This document shows positions 55,041 to 64,000 of a DNA stretch of 64,000 nucleotides, piece by piece. The stretch is taken from sequence record PV730299.1; one strand, given 5' to 3'. Each line of letters opens with the position of its first letter. Position 1 is the stretch's first letter. A program made the translations under genes and the position numbers. Source of the stretch: a phage. The notes under the pieces are model-generated. The model did no database searches. It worked only from the letters and a program-made list of their open reading frames with translations, and was not told where the DNA came from.

Positions 55041-55189
55041 TGTTTGAAACTGATTTATTATCCTACTTCGTGATGTGTGATGAATTGAAGTTACACGGCT
55101 ATAGCATATTTGAAATCAACGAGTCGATGCCATGGCATCTTGACTTGTTAACCGAAGCCCTCAAGGTCAGGTTGTCTAAGAAACAGTAA
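55040..55189 (+). CDS. small ORF (49 aa), putative
   Basis: TAATG overlap with the upstream gene; the stop is followed immediately by the strong terminator at 55189-55212. Confidence 0.3.
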   Translation: MFETDLLSYFVMCDELKLHGYSIFEINESMPWHLDLLTEALKVRLSKKQ

Positions 55190-55212
55190 TCCCGCTTCGG
55201 CGGGATTTTTAT
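55189..55212 (+). terminator. rho-independent terminator
   Basis: ATCCCGC / GCGGGAT stem, tetraloop TTCG, then TTTTATT. Confidence 0.75.
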
Positions 55213-55256
55213 TGGCTTAACTGCAAAATAGGTTAACACGCGTTCTCTTTACCTAA

Positions 55257-55268
55257 AATTGTTATAAT
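55257..55268 (+). promoter_or_regulatory. extended -10 promoter-like element (TGtTATAAT)
   Basis: ATTGTTATAATG in the 340-nt non-coding region upstream of the gp5-like gene; no convincing -35. Confidence 0.25.
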
Positions 55269-55510
55269 GGGCTTGTTCCCGAGTCATTTGTTGGTGTTTG
55301 TCTGTTTTGAATCAGATTGTCAGTAAAATACCATTTTTCAAGGAGTGTTCTGGGGTGTACAGTTATTGCCTCGCCCTTATGCCTCCATGGCATTGGAATG
55401 GTGCTGCCCGCATAGGGCGGTTTGATGAGCGAAGCGAATAGGATCGAATAAAACAAATAAAATGAACGGAAGCAGAGCTTCCTATAGTATATAAGGCAAA
55501 ATCAGCTGCG

Positions 55511-55518
55511 CATAAATA
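55511..55518 (+). promoter_or_regulatory. late promoter-like motif CATAAATA (one mismatch)
   Basis: 35 nt upstream of the gp5-like start at 55553, the same spacing as the motif at 49397. Confidence 0.25.
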
Positions 55519-55552
55519 CCTTCAAATCCTTGTTTGACAACCGGAACTCAAT

Positions 55553-57163
55553 ATGTTAGACAATATGAGATGGTTTTACGGCACCGTTGAAGATGTCAAC
55601 GATCCAGACCAAAACGGGCGCGTCGCCGTCCGCATATATGGCGTACACACCGACGATCCCGTCCTCCTGCCTACAGACAAACTCCCATGGGCGAAGGTAC
55701 TGATGCCTGCTTCTAACGCCTCCTCTGCTGGTTTAGGTTGGTCTCCAACGGGTATCATTCCTGGTACTGAGGTTATGGGGTTCGCCCTTGACGAAGCATA
55801 CCAGAATTTACGCATCACCTGGACTTGGACTGGTTCAAGCCCTACTGATGGCGCCGACACAAACCCGCTGGCTCTCGGGCAGGTCGTTCAATCTGTAGAA
55901 CGTCAGGCGTACAACGCTGTCACTGACGTTCCTGTGAAACAAGAAGACGAACCACAACCAGATCCACAACCACCTGTTGGTGGGTATGATCCAGAGAAGT
56001 GGATGACAATCGCTCGTGGCGAATTGGGTATCAAGGAGTACGCCGGAAAGTTCAATAACAACCCGCGCATTATAGAATATCACAAGACAACCTCCCTTGG
56101 TGCTTCTGAAGATGAAGTGTCGTGGTGTGCGGCGTTCGTGGGTTGGGTTATGATACAGGCTGGATACACGTCTACACGCTCCGCTCTTGCCCGATCTTAC
56201 CTTACATGGGGCACTGCACTGTCAGCACCACAATATGGCGCTATCGTAGTCTTCCGGCGTGGTAACAACCCTACATTTGGACACGTAGCGTTTGTGCAGA
56301 AGTTCGATGCAAACTATGTCTGGTGTATTGGTGGCAACCAATCCGATTCAGTGAAGGTCAGTCGTTTCAGACGTTCTTCGGTCTTGGGATATCGTTGGCC
56401 TGGTCCTGCTAACACAGCCACAGCCGCGCCTGCGCAGCAGAATGGTAAATGGTCAGAACCTATCCCAGATCGTACTCCAAAGGAACAACCGACTCCGGCT
56501 CCTACTGGGCGAGTACAGGATATTGACAACACTGGAGAAACCATGGTTCCGGCTGCGGGTGGCTCTAAATACCCGTACAATAACGTCATGGTGTCCCGAG
56601 CTGGGCATATTATGGAAGTGGATGACACCCCTGGTGGTGAACGTCTTCATTGGATGCATAAGTCTGGGTCTTACAAGCAAATGTTGCCGGATGGTGATGT
56701 GGTCAACAAGTCCGTCAAAGACCACTATGACCTGACGATGTTCAACAAGCGTTATTATGTCGGCGGGGACCACAACCTGACGGTCAAAGGAACTGAAGTT
56801 CAGCGCAAGACAGGTGAGGTCTATCATTTGCATTCCAACAATTACTCCAACGTGGTTGCGGGCACAGCGCTGATGAAATTCAGTGACCTAGCCGAGTTTC
56901 AAGCGCAGAATATTCTGCGCATTATCTGCGAGACTCTGGAGGTCGGTGGGACATTGAAGGTTCCTAAGATTCTAACGACTGAGATCATCGCTGACAAACT
57001 GACTGTCGCTCAGACGATCAATGGTAACATCATATATGCCGAAGGTGCTGGTCGCGCTTCTTCTCTGTCAGGTGCAACCCCTGCATCCCCTACGGGTCCG
57101 GGTGAGATTGACATCAAGGCAGAATTAAAAGACAATGGTGGTAATTTCGGCACCAAAGAGTAA
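55553..57163 (+). CDS. 5: baseplate hub / cell-puncturing protein (gp5-like) with central CHAP peptidase domain
   Basis: N-terminal OB-like segment WFYGTVEDVNDPDQNGRVAVRIYGVHTDD ... LPWA; central Cys/His pair (SWCAAFVGW ... GHVAFV) typical of CHAP amidase/peptidase; C-terminal repeat-like region. Confidence 0.65.
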   Translation: MLDNMRWFYGTVEDVNDPDQNGRVAVRIYGVHTDDPVLLPTDKLPWAKVLMPASNASSAGLGWSPTGIIPGTEVMGFALDEAYQNLRITWTWTGSSPTDGADTNPLALGQVVQSVERQAYNAVTDVPVKQEDEPQPDPQPPVGGYDPEKWMTIARGELGIKEYAGKFNNNPRIIEYHKTTSLGASEDEVSWCAAFVGWVMIQAGYTSTRSALARSYLTWGTALSAPQYGAIVVFRRGNNPTFGHVAFVQKFDANYVWCIGGNQSDSVKVSRFRRSSVLGYRWPGPANTATAAPAQQNGKWSEPIPDRTPKEQPTPAPTGRVQDIDNTGETMVPAAGGSKYPYNNVMVSRAGHIMEVDDTPGGERLHWMHKSGSYKQMLPDGDVVNKSVKDHYDLTMFNKRYYVGGDHNLTVKGTEVQRKTGEVYHLHSNNYSNVVAGTALMKFSDLAEFQAQNILRIICETLEVGGTLKVPKILTTEIIADKLTVAQTINGNIIYAEGAGRASSLSGATPASPTGPGEIDIKAELKDNGGNFGTKE

Positions 57164-57236
57164 GTTGGTATAAGTTTAGTGGCAGAGGGACAGCACGTCT
57201 CTCTGCTCCTTATAGGCATCCTGAGAGGATCGCGAA

Positions 57237-57617
57237 ATGAAAGAGTATAAAGATGTCGATCTGAAGTTCGGCATGCATCCGGTGACCAAAGACGTCACTA
57301 TGAAATCAGGTGTGTATGCTGTCTTACAATCCGTGCGGAATATCGTCATGTCTTCAGTCGGGGACTGGCCCACTTATCCTGGGATCGGCGCGGGGCTTTA
57401 TGGGCTGTTGGGTGAAAACACGACACCGACTATCCAGGTAGATGTGAAGAACAAAGTAGAGGACGCTATCGCCCTGTATGAACCCAGAGCAGAGGTAGAA
57501 GAAGTCACGGTGAGTCTGTCAGAGGATTACCATTCTCTGGGCGTGACCATCACATTCTATGTGGTCAACAATCCAGATCCAATAACAGACACCGTGTGGT
57601 TGAAAAGGACGAATTAG
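57237..57617 (+). CDS. 25: baseplate wedge protein (gp25/GPW family)
   Basis: 126 aa; blocks DAIALYEPRAEVEEV and ITFYVVNNPDPITDTV align to T4 gp25 (RNYEPRIDKL ... SVIDNPDDIE). Confidence 0.8.
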   Translation: MKEYKDVDLKFGMHPVTKDVTMKSGVYAVLQSVRNIVMSSVGDWPTYPGIGAGLYGLLGENTTPTIQVDVKNKVEDAIALYEPRAEVEEVTVSLSEDYHSLGVTITFYVVNNPDPITDTVWLKRTN

Positions 57618-57964
57618 AATTTCGTCCTGAATGCCGGAGCCACGACTAACATGAAGTGGCTCAATAACCTGAACATCTCTTTACCGTTGAATTGGTAGAG
57701 GATAATCATCGGCCTGACGTCAACCACTGATCCCTCCAGCTTCTTGTTCAACACAAATCTGGAACCCACACTGACCTGTCCGCGCTCTTCGTCTCCTGGT
57801 TTGTCGTAGACCACGCAACTGGTGGCATAACCGATTTGAGATCCATCCTCAGACCGCAAGGGCAGCATATGCCCTTCAGACATCAGATGATGCAGGTTCT
57901 GGTATAAACCTTTGTCTGGTATGGGGACTGCCAGCTGCATTCTCAACTCTTTGTAATCTTGCAT
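57614..57964 (-). CDS. hypothetical protein
   Basis: 116-aa ORF convergent with gp25. Confidence 0.45.
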   Translation of the reverse strand: MQDYKELRMQLAVPIPDKGLYQNLHHLMSEGHMLPLRSEDGSQIGYATSCVVYDKPGDEERGQVSVGSRFVLNKKLEGSVVDVRPMIILYQFNGKEMFRLLSHFMLVVAPAFRTKF

Positions 57965-57969
57965 GAGGA

Positions 57970-58431
57970 CTACTCCGCCAGGGTGATCACAACCATATTT
58001 AAGACTGTGTCGATAGCTCGGCCTGTTTCCTCTTCATGGAGGGTTTCGGCTCGGAGGTGCACGTCGGTGATGAAATTGTCGATGTGCATTGAAGTCAGAT
58101 ACGGGCGGTGTTGACTGACCGGGCGGTTGACCAGAACATAATTGCGCAATGTGTTGAAGTCCTGATGAGAGCACCCCGTTGTATCGATACGAAGGAAGCG
58201 TTCGTTGTGACTTGTCTTCAACTCAGTCACCTTGCCAAGGTAGACCAGAGGTCCATTGCGACCGATACGGAACATGACATCAACAACAGACTTGAAGATT
58301 TCGCGTTCAATCAGTGCGGTGGGTGACCAGCAGATCTCTTCTTTGTCGTCGGCGTACAGGGTGTCGATCACCAGAGGGAGTTGAATGTAACCGAAGTTGT
58401 GCAGTGGGTTGGTGAGTACTTTGTTTGTCAT
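57970..58431 (-). CDS. hypothetical protein
   Basis: 153-aa ORF downstream of the nrd operon terminator. Confidence 0.45.
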   Translation of the reverse strand: MTNKVLTNPLHNFGYIQLPLVIDTLYADDKEEICWSPTALIEREIFKSVVDVMFRIGRNGPLVYLGKVTELKTSHNERFLRIDTTGCSHQDFNTLRNYVLVNRPVSQHRPYLTSMHIDNFITDVHLRAETLHEEETGRAIDTVLNMVVITLAE

Positions 58432-58510
58432 GATATAGTTCCTGCTTTTAATTTGTGGCGAATGCCAATGAATTACTGGGAAGTATAAGCGCAGGGATTA
58501 TAGAAGTAAA

Positions 58511-58527
58511 GCCCCTCAATGAGGGGC
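58511..58527 (-). terminator. terminator after the nrdA-nrdB-nrdH operon
   Basis: GCCCCTC / GAGGGGC stem; on the minus strand it is followed by TTTACTTCT. Confidence 0.55.
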
Positions 58528-58536
58528 TTCGGCTTG

Positions 58537-58761
58537 TCAGCGTTTAAGGCTGGCGGCGAGTCCATTAACGTCGGTCACGGTCTGGTCAGCGAGGACGATT
58601 ACAGGCATCGACACGCGCGGCTTACCCGTCAACTGCTGAAGTTCTTCCAGCCGGTAATCTTTGTCCAGCTTGAGGATCTTGTGTTCCAGCCCTTTCATTT
58701 TGCACAGATTTTCGGCTGTTACACACTGAGCGCAACCTTGTTTGGAATAGATCGTAATCAT
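58537..58761 (-). CDS. glutaredoxin/NrdH-like redoxin
   Basis: 74 aa with CxxC active site GCAQC near the N-terminus; directly downstream of nrdB. Confidence 0.7.
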   Translation of the reverse strand: MITIYSKQGCAQCVTAENLCKMKGLEHKILKLDKDYRLEELQQLTGKPRVSMPVIVLADQTVTDVNGLAASLKR

Positions 58762-58770
58762 TTCTCACCT

Positions 58771-59874
58771 TTAAGCGAATTTGAGGCCATCGGATACCGA
58801 ACCAGTCAGTACACCCATCAGATAATCAGGAGCTTCCGCTTCCTGCAACGCGTACTGCATTGCCTTATTATCTAGCCAGTCATTAATCCATGGGACTGGG
58901 TTCTCCTTGCGAGGTTCACCGGGATATGGATGCCCGATAGCGCCCATCCGGTGGGTTGCCAGCCAGTCTACCATCTGATGAAGGATCTTGGCGTTCAGCC
59001 CCAGGATGGAACCGTCTTTGAATAGGTAGTTCGCCCACTCCTTCTCCTGATGGACCACGTCCAAGAACATCTGGGTCATCTCACCACGCAGTTCCTCACG
59101 GATGATTGCAAAGTCGGGGTCCATACCAGGCAGGCGGTTTAGCAGCGTCTGGGTCAGGATCAGGTGATCCTGCTCATCACGGGCGATCTGTCGAATGATT
59201 TTGGCATTGCCTTCCATCTTCTTCTGAAACTGTGTGAATGCCCAAGAGCATGCAAAGGACACGTAGAAGCGGATGCCTTCCAGTGTGTTGGCAGCAAACA
59301 GAGCACGCCAGAATGCGCGTTTGGCATTCATCAGATCTTCTCGGGTGAAGATGCGTCCGGCCATACGCATGCCACTGTACTGTACCATGTCATCGTAGTA
59401 CACACTGATCTGGTGAGCACAGTCCACGATCTCCACAACATCCAGTACGTGGTCAAACACGATACCTGGATCGTTCACAGTATTGCGCAAAATGTGGGTG
59501 TACGATAAAGAGTGAATGGCTTCCTGGCGCGTCCATTCAAGGACAGCAAACTGCATTTCAGGGGTAGACGCCCATGGACCAAACGCCTCGAACGGAGCCG
59601 CACCCTGGATAGAGTCCAGCATGGTCTGGCGCTTCAGGTTGCTGAAGTAGACATGTTTCTCTGCTTCGTTCAGAGTAGCGAAGTCTGCCTTGTCCTTGGT
59701 GATGTCCACCTCTTCAGGACGCCAGAACTGACTGAGACCTTTCTCATACCACTTCTGTACGAATGGCCAGGCCACGACATCGTAACGCTGGATGCTCACT
59801 GGGTCACCGAAGAACGGTAGACCAGTGTTGTCCGAGCTTGGGTCGAATACGGAGAATTGTTTCTGTTCGCTCAT
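58771..59874 (-). CDS. nrdB: ribonucleotide reductase class Ia beta subunit
   Basis: Di-iron ligand motifs EAIHS, EGIRFYVSF and DEQDHL in the expected order; 367 aa. Confidence 0.85.
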   Translation of the reverse strand: MSEQKQFSVFDPSSDNTGLPFFGDPVSIQRYDVVAWPFVQKWYEKGLSQFWRPEEVDITKDKADFATLNEAEKHVYFSNLKRQTMLDSIQGAAPFEAFGPWASTPEMQFAVLEWTRQEAIHSLSYTHILRNTVNDPGIVFDHVLDVVEIVDCAHQISVYYDDMVQYSGMRMAGRIFTREDLMNAKRAFWRALFAANTLEGIRFYVSFACSWAFTQFQKKMEGNAKIIRQIARDEQDHLILTQTLLNRLPGMDPDFAIIREELRGEMTQMFLDVVHQEKEWANYLFKDGSILGLNAKILHQMVDWLATHRMGAIGHPYPGEPRKENPVPWINDWLDNKAMQYALQEAEAPDYLMGVLTGSVSDGLKFA

Positions 59875-59944
59875 GTTTCTTTCCTGATTAATAAGGGGTG
59901 ATCTCTCACCCCTGATGATATAACGGTAGTAGGTTTAGACCAAT

Positions 59945-62227
59945 TTATACAACACAGCTATCGCACTGAGTTTCCTCGGCCTGCTTCAGCTCTTCGTCTT
60001 CCTTGGCGTCCTTGTTTGTGTTGTAATACAGAGTCTTGCCACCCCACATATAGAACGACAGGATATCCTGCATCATCTTGGCGCGAGGGATCTTGCTGTC
60101 AGGGTACTTCTCTGGGTCATACCACGTGTTGGTACTGATGGACTGGTCAACCCAGCGCTGGATGACAGCAGCGGTCTTCAGGTACTCAATACAGTCCAGA
60201 TCCCACTTGAGGTCATACATCGGTCCAAGGGTCTCAACGTCCGGGACGACCTGCTTATAAGTGCCGTCCTTGCTACCCTTGATGCTCACCAAGCCCTTCG
60301 GTGGCTCAATGCCGTTCGTTGCGTTGAGGACCTGTGAGGAGCTTTCGGTAGGGGCTACTGCCAGCAGGGTGGCGTTGCGGATACCATAGGTCTTCAGATT
60401 ATCCTTCAACCCATCCCAATCCAGCCCGTATGCCATCCCTTCTGGCTTCTTGCCATTTGGTAGGATATCAAGTGGAAGCGGCTGAAGGTCGGCGGTGACC
60501 TGCCCATTATTGTGGATGGTTCCGCGTTTACACGCCCCGAACTTCATAGCCAGACGGTTGGACGCCTTGACCAGATAGAAGTGCAGGTGTGCCATCCACG
60601 CATCCAGCATTTCAAGACCAGCTGGTGAGCCATAGCCCGTGAAGTTCTTGGCCAGGAAGTGAGCCACGTTCACGATACCAACACCCAGAGGACGATAGTC
60701 TTCAACAGCCTTGCGAGCCTGAATCGCTGGATAGTCCTGATATTCCAACAGCATGTCCAGCGCAGACACCAACACGAACGCCACGTCTTCCATTTCGGTC
60801 GGGTCTTCGAATGCTGTCAGGTTGAAGGAAGCCAGGGTGCACAGAGCCACGCGCCCGTTTTCATCGTTGTACTGCTCAAACTCACGGGTCGGCAGGGCGA
60901 TTTCTAAACAAAGATTTGAAGAATAAATCGTGTCTAGGTTGAATGGACTGTATTCATTCATGTGATCGACAAACGCGATGTAGATGCGGCCTGTGTCTGA
61001 ACGCTGGTCTAACAGCATCTGGAACACCTCTTCTGCCTGCAACTTTTTAGCACGAACCAAACCAGCATCAGCGGCCTTGATCATGTTCTCATACAGAGTA
61101 CGGAACTTGTCAACGTCAGCGAAGTATGCTTCATACATTTCGCGGTTGTCTTTCGGGTCGAACAGATACAGAGGCTGCTTGGCAACCAGGCGCTCAAACA
61201 TCACGCGGTTGATCTGAATGCCATAGTCGATACGGCGTTCGCGGTTTTCTTCAGTACCACGGTTGTTCTTCAGAACAACGACGTCATCGAACTGGTAATG
61301 CCACAGAGGGATGTACGCTGTTGCTGCACCACCACGAATGCCGCCCTGAGAGCACGATTTGAGTGCCCCAGTGAGATACTTGATGAACGGGATCAGGCCT
61401 GTGTGAACCATCTCTCCGCCGCGAATAGGACTACCAATCCCACGGATTGCCCCGACGTCGAAGCCGATACCCGCACGTTTGGACACATAGTCAACGATGG
61501 TCTTGGCTGTTGCGTTGATAGAGTTCAGGGTGTCATCAGTCTTGATTAACACGCAGGAACTAAACTGACGAGTAGGAGTACGAACACCTGCCATAATCGG
61601 GGTGGGAAGACTGAACTTGCCTGTGCTGGCATATTCATAGAACTTTTTCACCATCTCCAGGCGGCTGTCTTTGTCCCAGTTAGAGAACAACGCCATGGCG
61701 ATGCCCATGTACATGACCTGAGGGGTTTCGTAGAAGATCTTGCTGTCTTTCTTGGAACGGTCGCGCAACAGGTACTTCTCAGTCAGCTGACCCATGGCCG
61801 CCCACGTGAAGTTCTTATCGCGTTTGTGATTGATGACATCGTTCAGCTCGTTGAACTCTTCGGTCGTGTAGAGATCAAGGAACTCACGATCATACACGCG
61901 CTGTTTGATGTTCTTGACGAAGATGTCCAGCAGGTGAGGCGGCTTGTACTGACCGTAGACAGCCTTGCGCAGATCATACGACTTCAGACGAGCAGCCACA
62001 TACTGGTAATTGGGTTTGTCTACAGAGATCAGTGAAGCCGCAGCCTGGATGAGGATATCCTGAATGCGATCTGTTCTCATGTTGTCGGTGAACTGAATCT
62101 TCGATGCAGCGATCACCTCTGACATTGACACACCAGACAGGCCATCACAGGCGCGGTCTACGACTGCGTGTAGTTTCTCAATATCAAATGGGACAGAAGA
62201 TCCGTCACGTTTTATAACGTTAATCAT
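59945..62227 (-). CDS. nrdA: ribonucleotide reductase class Ia alpha subunit
   Basis: N-terminal ATP-cone (VIKRDGSSVPFDIEKL), 760 aa, C-terminal CDSCVV Cys pair; RBS and candidate -10 upstream. Confidence 0.9.
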   Translation of the reverse strand: MINVIKRDGSSVPFDIEKLHAVVDRACDGLSGVSMSEVIAASKIQFTDNMRTDRIQDILIQAAASLISVDKPNYQYVAARLKSYDLRKAVYGQYKPPHLLDIFVKNIKQRVYDREFLDLYTTEEFNELNDVINHKRDKNFTWAAMGQLTEKYLLRDRSKKDSKIFYETPQVMYMGIAMALFSNWDKDSRLEMVKKFYEYASTGKFSLPTPIMAGVRTPTRQFSSCVLIKTDDTLNSINATAKTIVDYVSKRAGIGFDVGAIRGIGSPIRGGEMVHTGLIPFIKYLTGALKSCSQGGIRGGAATAYIPLWHYQFDDVVVLKNNRGTEENRERRIDYGIQINRVMFERLVAKQPLYLFDPKDNREMYEAYFADVDKFRTLYENMIKAADAGLVRAKKLQAEEVFQMLLDQRSDTGRIYIAFVDHMNEYSPFNLDTIYSSNLCLEIALPTREFEQYNDENGRVALCTLASFNLTAFEDPTEMEDVAFVLVSALDMLLEYQDYPAIQARKAVEDYRPLGVGIVNVAHFLAKNFTGYGSPAGLEMLDAWMAHLHFYLVKASNRLAMKFGACKRGTIHNNGQVTADLQPLPLDILPNGKKPEGMAYGLDWDGLKDNLKTYGIRNATLLAVAPTESSSQVLNATNGIEPPKGLVSIKGSKDGTYKQVVPDVETLGPMYDLKWDLDCIEYLKTAAVIQRWVDQSISTNTWYDPEKYPDSKIPRAKMMQDILSFYMWGGKTLYYNTNKDAKEDEELKQAEETQCDSCVV

Positions 62228-62258
62228 GGTGTTCCTCGGGTTTGTTTACGCAGGTTTT

Positions 62259-62264
62259 ATTATA
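62259..62264 (-). promoter_or_regulatory. candidate -10 element (TATAAT) upstream of nrdA
   Basis: TATAAT on the minus strand about 32 nt upstream of the nrdA ATG with an intervening CGAGGAA RBS; -35 is poor. Confidence 0.25.
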
Positions 62265-62310
62265 CGCCACCCTCGTAGATTGAAGGCGGCGGGGAGGGTT
62301 GGCGAGTTAC

Positions 62311-63153
62311 TTAAATGTCGTACAGATCGTTGACTTCCAGCATCAGGCGGGTGAAGTCGCCGCGCCCGTTGCGGTCAGACTTGTCGAACTCGATGATACT
62401 GAACGGCTGAACCCATTCAGGGTACTCATCACCGACGCCAACACCATCGATCTTCAGGGTTCCGGCCTCCAGCTTGGCGTTGAAGTCGCGGAAGGAACTG
62501 ACGTACTTTTCAAGGGCGCTGTCGCGCAGGCGCTTGTTGGACTGTTTGATGTCACCGTTGACAAAGATGTAAGTCGAGTCAGATGCGCGGGTCAGTAGGT
62601 TCTTCAGCTGCTCCATATCACATTCCTGCGCTTCTTCAATGATCAGGAAGGTGTCGTCAAAGGTCATCCCCTTGATGGTCTCCAGATCCTGGATCTCAAT
62701 GATCCGCTTCTCCCACAGATAGTTGAAGAAACCGTCGCTACCTGTGTCAGTCTTCAGCACCTTCTTCAGCGTCTGAATCAGGGGCATCAGATATGGCATC
62801 AGCTTTTCGTATGTGTCGCCAGGGCGGAAGCCTGCAGTCTGGCCTGTTGGCAGCGGAGAGCGCGTGATGACGATCTTACTGACCACTTTATCGATCAGGA
62901 GCTTGGCGGCGGCTGAGGCACCGCAGTACGATTTACCTGTACCGGCAGGACCGATTGCGATAGTGAGGTTTTCTTCAAGAGCAGATTGATATGCGAGGTT
63001 CTGATTCTCTGAGAGGCCATTGAACGGAGCGATTCTGAAGTCACCTTTAGAGAACTTCATCCAGTCATCTTCTTTCTGAATTGTCTCTTTCTTACGTGCT
63101 GACTTGGTCTTGCCCGCTGGCTTCTTACTTACAACTTTGGTGGCAGATTGCAT
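62311..63153 (-). CDS. phoH: PhoH-like ATPase
   Basis: Walker A IAIGPAGTGKSY and overall PhoH-family layout; 280 aa. Confidence 0.85.
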   Translation of the reverse strand: MQSATKVVSKKPAGKTKSARKKETIQKEDDWMKFSKGDFRIAPFNGLSENQNLAYQSALEENLTIAIGPAGTGKSYCGASAAAKLLIDKVVSKIVITRSPLPTGQTAGFRPGDTYEKLMPYLMPLIQTLKKVLKTDTGSDGFFNYLWEKRIIEIQDLETIKGMTFDDTFLIIEEAQECDMEQLKNLLTRASDSTYIFVNGDIKQSNKRLRDSALEKYVSSFRDFNAKLEAGTLKIDGVGVGDEYPEWVQPFSIIEFDKSDRNGRGDFTRLMLEVNDLYDI

Positions 63154-63255
63154 GGGAACCTTCCTATATCTCAGGGTGTCATCACCTCTAATTAAGGTGA
63201 CAACCCCAGCATACCTGAGGATTGGATAAAGAAAAGGCCGTTTCCGGCCTTTGAG

Positions 63256-64000
63256 TTAACTGAAACTCTTGTATGCTGCTGCGAGCTTCTTGTCGTACTG
63301 GTTCTTGGCATACGCCGGACCATTATAGCGCCGTGCAAATTCAGACCAGTTCTTGTCCTTCAGAGCCTGCCAGAGCTTGGCGTCAGCCTTGATGAACTTC
63401 ACGAATGCCATCAAATGAGCACGTTCTCCTGTCAGGAAGTCGTTGAACATCTCCTTGGCGTTGGCATATCCACAGACCTGGCAGTTGAATCCCATGATCT
63501 GGAAGAGACCGTAAGAGGCGCTCTCGTACGCACAATCCTCATCGATGTTGATGGCCGCATGAAGTCGATCCAACTCCGCGTCGCCTCCCGTGTACCCGCC
63601 TGCAGAAGGGTTGACCAACGTCGGGTACATATGTCCCATGGCATTCGCCCGAGCCTGTCCGAACTTCGCCATCAACTTCTTATACATGATGTGGCGCTCA
63701 AATAATGTCTTGATCTTACCTGACTTGGTGAAGCCCGTGCCGCGCGACTCAACCTGATTCACCGCCTTGACAGAGGCAAGGTCAACACCCAGATCGTTAG
63801 CAGCATCAATCAGGTCTGACTCAGTTAGATGATCCTGATGGGCGTCTCCAGCGTTGCGAATAGCATAGGAGGTCTTTGGACCCACGATACCATCAATGAC
63901 AAGCCCCGCACCCGCCTGAACAGTCTTGACGGCGTTCTCTGTTGCCTTGCCAAAGATACCATCAGCGACGAGGGTGAAGCCGATTTTGTTGAGGCTATCC
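63256..64000 (-). CDS. endolysin: N-terminal peptidoglycan-binding domain plus muramidase/lytic-transglycosylase-like catalytic domain; 5' end beyond window
   Basis: The frame stays open to the window edge; upstream of the GTG reported by the track it encodes DGIFGKATENAVKTVQAGAGLVIDGIVGP (PG_binding_1 signature). Catalytic-domain motifs ESRG, YGLFQIMG and YNGPAY. Confidence 0.7.
   Translation of the reverse strand, partial: DSLNKIGFTLVADGIFGKATENAVKTVQAGAGLVIDGIVGPKTSYAIRNAGDAHQDHLTESDLIDAANDLGVDLASVKAVNQVESRGTGFTKSGKIKTLFERHIMYKKLMAKFGQARANAMGHMYPTLVNPSAGGYTGGDAELDRLHAAINIDEDCAYESASYGLFQIMGFNCQVCGYANAKEMFNDFLTGERAHLMAFVKFIKADAKLWQALKDKNWSEFARRYNGPAYAKNQYDKKLAAAYKSFS

Noticed and set aside
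1-64000. tRNA genes, CRISPR arrays, integrase/transposase or attachment sites
   Set aside because: No cloverleaf-compatible T-arm/acceptor pairs in any intergenic gap, no spaced direct-repeat arrays, and no recombinase-like ORF; the content is consistent with a virulent phage genome segment.

Overview
This window reads as a contiguous piece of a large virulent dsDNA phage genome with a T4-type replication and nucleotide-metabolism core, but with gene order and GC content (about 50% by eye) unlike T4 itself. No tRNA, rRNA, CRISPR array, integrase or transposase was found. Calls rest on motifs read directly from the ORF-track translations and on alignment from memory to T4 proteins; no database search was run. 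Start codons were adjusted by hand where an in-frame ATG with a Shine-Dalgarno or a stop/start overlap was visible.

Layout:
- 1-29470, plus strand: partial family-B DNA polymerase, an rIIA/rIIB pair, topoisomerase II subunits, dCMP deaminase and many small accessory ORFs.
- 29466-35008: a lone minus-strand head-completion-like gene followed by a plus-strand tail/baseplate block ending in a tape-measure-like protein.
- 35009-48618, minus strand: DNA ligase, gp41-like helicase, UvsX, dNMP kinase and a thymidylate-synthase-family enzyme.
- 48681-64000, mixed strands: gp32 SSB, a gp5-like hub protein with a CHAP domain, gp25, the nrdA/nrdB/nrdH operon, PhoH and a partial endolysin.

Most worth a second look:
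- A diverged thymidylate-synthase homologue next to an unassigned P-loop kinase, with a HAD 5'-nucleotidase and a second kinase-like gene elsewhere; together these suggest possible thymidine hypermodification.
- Two candidate ADP-ribosylation-reversal genes (NADAR-like and macrodomain-like) that may act as anti-defence factors.
- An orphan QueC-like PP-loop enzyme with no other 7-deazaguanine pathway genes in the window.
- Regulatory structures: a family of sequence-related terminators, a 13-bp hairpin that sequesters the ligase Shine-Dalgarno, and TATAAATA late-promoter-like motifs at a fixed distance from two structural gene starts.
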